Positions 58,286 to 64,000 of a DNA stretch of 64,000 nt are shown in pieces; position 1 is the first letter of the stretch; every line of letters starts with the position of its first letter. Made by a program: the position numbers and the translations under genes. Origin of the DNA: Eledone cirrhosa (taxonomy: Eukaryota); the NCBI GenBank assembly GCA_964016885.1, contig OZ024742.1, forward strand, positions 230,764,001 through 230,828,000. Direction: 5' to 3'. Under the pieces are notes generated by a model. That model was not told where the DNA came from. It made no database searches and was given only the letters and a program-made list of their open reading frames with translations.

Positions 58286-60440
58286 TTTTTTTATTGCTAT
58301 AAATGCTTGTTTGTTTTGTTTTTTGTTGTTTTTTTAAATTATTATGTTGTTAATATTATCTAATATTTTGTTTTATTTTGTTATTGTAAGTGTTTATGTT
58401 ATCATGTCGTGAGATACTATTGATGTGAATGATCTCTGGTTCGTCTTTACAATTGTATTAATGCTGCAGGGGTTAGGCATTAATATGACTTCAGACGACA
58501 ACAGGTCATCGCTTAGTTATTGTTTTCGTTGCATTTTTCCAATCGATAATCGCCACTCAAGTGTTTGTCTCTAACAAAAGCGATCCATGTTTTTTTCTTT
58601 TATGTACAGCGATTCTCAAGTCAGTGACATTTCCAAATGTGCAGTTATTTTATAAGCGCCTTTGGAATTACTGACTGAAAGGAGCAAAAGATTATGTACA
58701 AAATACTAGATCTTATCAATAAAAATTTGCTTTCATTCTATCTTACAGAAAAATCGATAACGATACATTGTCGCTTTGGTTTATTCGTCCCCTGAGTAAC
58801 ATCTTTAAACATATTTGTTTGCATTGATTTTTGTTATTTTTGTTGTGTTTTTTTTTATATTTTATTTATCATTATTCTTTTGATGAAGAATCAAAACCGA
58901 AAGACTTGCGCATCTATCTATAGAGAATCTGTAACCTGTGACATGTTCATAATTGATATGCCATGTATTGTAGCCTTTGATAGCTCCCATATTAATGAAT
59001 CCAATCACGTCATATGAATAATATGGGGAGAAAATGGTGCCCAGATTCTACTAAACATTCCTCTTGTCGTAATAAACATCCATTTACTGAAAATCAAAAT
59101 ATTAGCGATAGAAATTAAGAAATATAACAAATGCGTGTTTGCTTGTAGTAATTCATATCTCAACAAGGCAAAATACTATAGAATACAGAGCATCCAGCAT
59201 TTTTTCATTGTCCCTGATCTCTATTCAGAGATACGTTTGAGCGGTACATGTATTATCGATGATGAGCGTTTATTTGTTTGATCAACTGAACTTCCGATTC
59301 ATTAATAAACTTTCAATAACCATATATTGACGTTATCGCCGACTATACTGAAACGTTGTGGCTTTCCTGTAAATGACTTTAGAACAACGACATCTACACA
59401 TTCAGGATTTAATAATTAAAACTCTGAATACGAGATGTATAATAATAACTAACCAATTGTCTCATAACCGTAATGAGTGGAATCGTTGGGGCATGTCTCT
59501 TCAGGTTTGTACACAGCAGAACATTTCTACTACTAAGAGAGAGAGAGAGAGAGTGGTGGTAGTGGATGAATCAACACTGTACTGGAATGGTAGTTTATTT
59601 ATCGATCCCAGAAATGATGAAAGGTATATATTTCTAAAATACAACTAGAGTATACCTTCGCACAAAGTTAACCAAGTAGCTCAGTAAATATGGATAAATC
59701 TATTATCGATAATTTAATCATGGGCTCTGCATTGTTTTCAACTATGAGTGTTCGGTCAATCAATCAACTAAACATTTGGCGCATTAATTTACGTGTGAGT
59801 AGTTGAGTATTTAACGTAAGGTCATGAGTTAGATTCCTGACAACGCATTGTGTCCTTGAGCAAGATACTTTATTACTCGCTGCTCCAGTCCACTCAGAAA
59901 AAAAAAATATTTGTAGCTGTAATCCAAAAGAAAGTTTGTTTGAATTTCTTATATGCGATCGTTCACACTTTTAACTGGAACATATTTGGTGTTATATAGC
60001 TGTAAGTGTAAATACCGAAATCTTAACAACGTGAGAAAATATTAATATTTTTCTCAGATGAATTTCTATTTCTTTTTGATGAGAAATCTTTACTTTTATT
60101 ACACAGTAACACATTTTCATGCAGTCAGTTAATTTGTATTGATTGAATTAGCTAAAATCCAATTTAGAAATATCGTTCATTCTCGGTTCTTGGTGTTAAC
60201 TTACATTAACACTCCATATGCAATGGCAGCTTTTAACGCGACAAAAAGCCATATTCGAACAGCGTTATAACATTATATAATATCAAACGTAGATATAGAT
60301 TGTATAAACCATAGTTTTCATACCTATATGTGTGTAGTATTGTATTCATTTATGTGTGTCTCGTTATTATTATCTATTATAATTCTCTATGTATGTATGA
60401 ATGTAAGTATGCATGTATGCATGTATGTATATATATGTAT

Positions 60441-60951
60441 ATTGGTGAGGAGTGTGACTTTGGACATCCTGAAGGACTAAAAACAAAACCTGTCAAAGGG
60501 CAAAGGAGCTCTTAAGAGTCAATGGCCATCCAAAATCACCGGGAGAGATGACCCCTTAGCCTTTGTCAAGGCAGAATTCTAGGAGAAGGAAAACTCTGAT
60601 ATAACATCTGCAACCCCGATAGTATCCAATGATGTTGACTTGTTCTTCTTTTTGGTAAATATCATCTTGGTTAAGAGAGTGTGACTGGCTTTGTGCAGTG
60701 CCTTTGCTCACTATAAAAGCTTCACGGCACAGGCATTGCTTTATATCTGGAGATCTCTCTGCACTTGTCGTCACATGGTACCATGGGCCCAGCACTATGT
60801 GTCAATAATTGTCACAAGTGTAGTGTTTGTACCAGAGTTTTCAAGTCGCTGGCTGGACTAAAAAGTCACACTCGTTCAGCGCATCGGTAGGGGTTCTCCT
60901 ACATGGATATAAAGTAGTGGCCGTACTCGAGAACGAGTTGGCAGCCACCAT
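60441..60951 (+). mobile_element. Non-autonomous bipartite RTE-derived element (longer copy)
   Basis: The 5' part has CTAGGAGAAGGAAAACTCTG, which I recall from RTE 5'UTRs. 60813-60890 encodes [25 protein letters not shown] (C-terminal C2H2 finger). A short 3'UTR is followed by TA/TATG. Confidence 0.7.
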
Positions 60952-61141
60952 ATATGTATATATATATGTGTGCGTGTATGTGTACGTATTCTTGCATATT
61001 GTAGATGTGTTGTTATGTATGCATATATACATGCATGAATGTGTATGTATACAATTGTTTGCATGAATGAGTGTATATGTCTGTATTTATATAAGTATAT
61101 GTGTGTGTGTATGTATGTTATGTATATATATGTATGTATGT

Positions 61142-61196
<55 letters not shown>

Positions 61197-61198
<2 letters not shown>

Positions 61199-61376
61199 CG
61201 AAGGGATTGTGGTAAGGAACCAGATGGACCATAACACACCAGAGTACTCAATACTTAGGGTAGTAGAGTGGGTAATAGGAAAATATATGACCCCGACGGC
61301 AGAGCTCAAGCCGTTTCAGTCCAGAAATAGCCGTCGAAACGGCTTGAGCTCTGCCGTCGGGGTCATACATTTCCCT
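61197..61376 (-). mobile_element. TA-inserted fold-back mini-element (half-hammerhead family)
   Basis: Arms joined at CCGTTTC-AGTCCAGAAATAGCCGTC-GAAACGG. Confidence 0.85.
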
Positions 61377-61852
61377 ATATACATATATATATATATAGAT
61401 CACGTAGGTAGGTATAAGTGTTTATAAGATTGGTATGTAAGTATAATTGTTTGAATGCGTGTGCGTTGCATGTATGAATATAACTGGCTGTATGTATATA
61501 TGAATGTGTGAATGTGTATATGTAAGAATATATATATCTATATATATATCTATATCTATATCTATCTATATATATATATATATACACAAACATACAAACA
61601 TACATAAGTATATATATGTAAGGGTGTGTGTTTGTCTGTGTCAGTGTGTATGCATGTTAAGCATATATAACTTGGGCTGGTGTACTTGTGTATGTACTGT
61701 ATGTGTGTGTGATAATATATATATAAGAGCTACGCCTTCTACTCCAAATCAAGAGATGTGTGTTATTTCCTATTGAGAATAAGTTATAGGGTGTTTCGTC
61801 TTCCTTTTGAAAATCATATATGATAGTTATTATTTAGTATTCTCGATGGGCG

Positions 61853-62340
61853 GTGGATTGGCAGTATCGGTAGAGGGTCGGACGCCATTCTTTATGGTCT
61901 GAGTTCAAATTCCGCTGAGTTTAACTTTACCTTTCATCCTTACGGGGTAGATGAAATAAAACACCAGGTAATTGCTGGCCTTGTGCCAAAAGTAGAGACA
62001 ATTATTAAGTATTTTATTTATATGTGTGTATGTCTATATATATATATATATATGTGTATATATATATAATTAAAATTTCAAGAGATTTTTAGTTTGCAAA
62101 TTGACAAGAAAAGTACAGTATTTAGTCAATTATGGGATAAAATATATAAAAAGAATAATTGTTTCTACTTTAGTCACAAGGCCAGCAAAAACTCAGTACA
62201 TTACTGGTACTTTATTTTATCGACCCCGTAAGGATGAAAGGCAAAGTTAACCTCGGCGGGATTTGAACTCAGACTGTAAAGGGACGTAACTATGCTAGAA
62301 AGCATGGCGTCCAACCCTCTACCGATACTGCCAATTCACC
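61853..62340. mobile_element. Tail-to-tail SINE pair (plus 61853-62006, minus 62155-62340)
   Basis: Both match the SINE consensus. Confidence 0.88.
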
Positions 62341-62691
62341 GCTCTTATAAAAAAATAATAAATGGAAAAGAGGATACCTAATTTCGTACTAATTCAAATT
62401 TAAAATGATATCTTCTTAATAAAAAGATTTGCACCGGTATAGAAAAAATTCTAACAGTAAATCACTGGTATTAATTATATTTATATTATCATATATTGAG
62501 ATATCAATAAATAAATATAGGAAGTTATATACTGCAACCCGTGGCTTAACAGTCTACAGCAGAATCTACAATGGCAGAACACTTCCTCAGTCCTTTTGGA
62601 TTACTGCTGGATCAAGGAAACTGATTAGCATAGAGCTTCTGATCTTTACCAGTATCTATAGTGGTAAACTCCAATATAATCATATATATAG

Positions 62692-62745
<54 letters not shown>

Positions 62746-62900
62746 AGGGAGTGTAACGCGGAGTTACTGTAGGTTCACCCGGGCGAGCACTCGATGTTTA
62801 GGTTCACGTCAGTAGCGAGGTGTAGAGCTAGACAGAGTGTAATATAATAAAATAAAATAAAATAAGGACGAATGTTACTCCTTCATTGCGTTTATTGGTT

Positions 62901-62985
62901 GGTGACGCGCATTTCGTCACCGATCAGCTCAAGGTTCGATGTGTATCGATCTAGCCCGACTCTGTAATCAACGGCTCATCAGACC
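62901..62985 (-). ncRNA. Hammerhead with extended stem II
   Basis: Minus: GGT-CTGATGA-GCCGTTGATT...GATCGGTGAC-GAAA-TGCGCG-TC-ACC; AGCACTCGAT box at 62786-62795. Confidence 0.72.
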
Positions 62986-63027
62986 CTTTTGGTGGTAATG
63001 ATTGAATATATATATATATATATATAT

Positions 63028-64000
63028 CTAGAGCGGGTAAAATTCACGAGATCCATAGACGAGTTCTCTCCAGCGGTCTCTGTCCCTCATTATCACTGCC
63101 ATGTCCTGTGTCTCAAACAGACCAGTGTCTGTCCTTAGGGCATCAACATACGTTATCTTTGGTCTTCCTCTTCCAGTGTGTCCATGTAGGGCCTCCCACA
63201 GGAGCACTGAGTGCAATGTCAACTCTGGATGTCGGTGAGCATGTCCAGCTAACCTCAGTCTCCTCTGTGTCACTTTTGAGCTGACTTTTGGGAGGCTACC
63301 ATAGAGCCTTGAGTTTTTCATCCTCAGTGTATACTGATTAATGTTCAGAGCCATCCTCAGCATTCTCGTGTAGCACCCATCCACCATCTGAGTGAGTTTC
63401 TTGGTCAGTGTCCAAGTATCAGACCCATACAGCAGCACAGACTCCCCTACAGCAATGAAGAGGCGGATCTTCAGATGCTCACGAAGGTCCGACTTCCACA
63501 CCGATCTCAAGCTGTAGCACGCTGCCCAGACTTTGCTCTTCCACTCAACCACATCATCTTCCGTATTCCCAAGGTTTGCTCCCAAATACAGGAAGTCTTC
63601 AACCAATTCTAGCGGCTTCCCGCCTACATTAGTAATCCCCTCTGGCTTCTCAACATTCTCTACCAGATATTTTCTCAATATTCTCTAAACAGGCCTTTGA
63701 TTCTGTGGACCGTCTCTGTCTGATGAGGATCTTACAGGCTTATGGAATCCCCAAGAGGATAGTGGACCTGATATCACTGCTTTACACGAACACCAAAGCC
63801 CAAGTCATTACACCTGATGGGATGACAGAGTTCTTTGAGATACTGGCTGGAGTGCTCCATGGAGATACATTGACTCCCTACCTTTTTATTATCGTAGTGG
63901 ACAATTGTATGCGCCTTGGATTGGAGAAACACCAGGACTCTGGCTTTACTGTAACACCGGCTCAGTGCAGGAGAGTTAAGGAGAAAAAGATATCGGATTC
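63028..64000 (-). mobile_element. RTE-clade LINE with inverted 5' segment, running off the window
   Basis: Minus 63028-63672 carries the C-terminal region. Plus ~63687-64000 reads KQAFDSVDR...YGIP...GVLHGDTLTPYLFIIVVD (RT domains 3-4). Confidence 0.92.

Noticed and set aside
57621-58337. Poly-Leu/Val/Cys ORFs (membrane-protein or metallothionein-like)
   Set aside because: They arise from a GTT/GCT trinucleotide repeat that is open in several frames.

Overview
Eukaryotic, very AT-rich, microsatellite-saturated DNA with no host protein-coding exon that I can support. The tRNA-derived SINEs and long (TA)n/(CA)n/(GA)n tracts suggest an octopus/coleoid cephalopod genome (inference). Most ORFs in the track are translation artefacts of dinucleotide repeats. 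The recognisable content is retroelement debris: three copies of one RTE-clade LINE (two with 5' inversions); fragments of CR1-like, R4/Dong-like, CRE and Ingi/Vingi LINEs; a bipartite non-autonomous RTE; about 20 SINEs; a probable non-autonomous Helitron; and a 35/19-bp minisatellite. The main hidden signal is a dense population of short non-coding elements sitting inside (TA)n tracts. By eye I find about 24 type-I hammerhead ribozyme motifs (CUGAnGA...GAAA...UH) from many sequence families, including U3-A8 covariant cores and long-stem-II variants. Many of these elements are fold-back palindromes and share a conserved RTYGAGTRCT box about 35-70 nt from the TA junction. This looks like a TA-targeting Penelope-like (PLE)/retrozyme-type system. 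All ribozyme calls are manual structure readings and were not tested.
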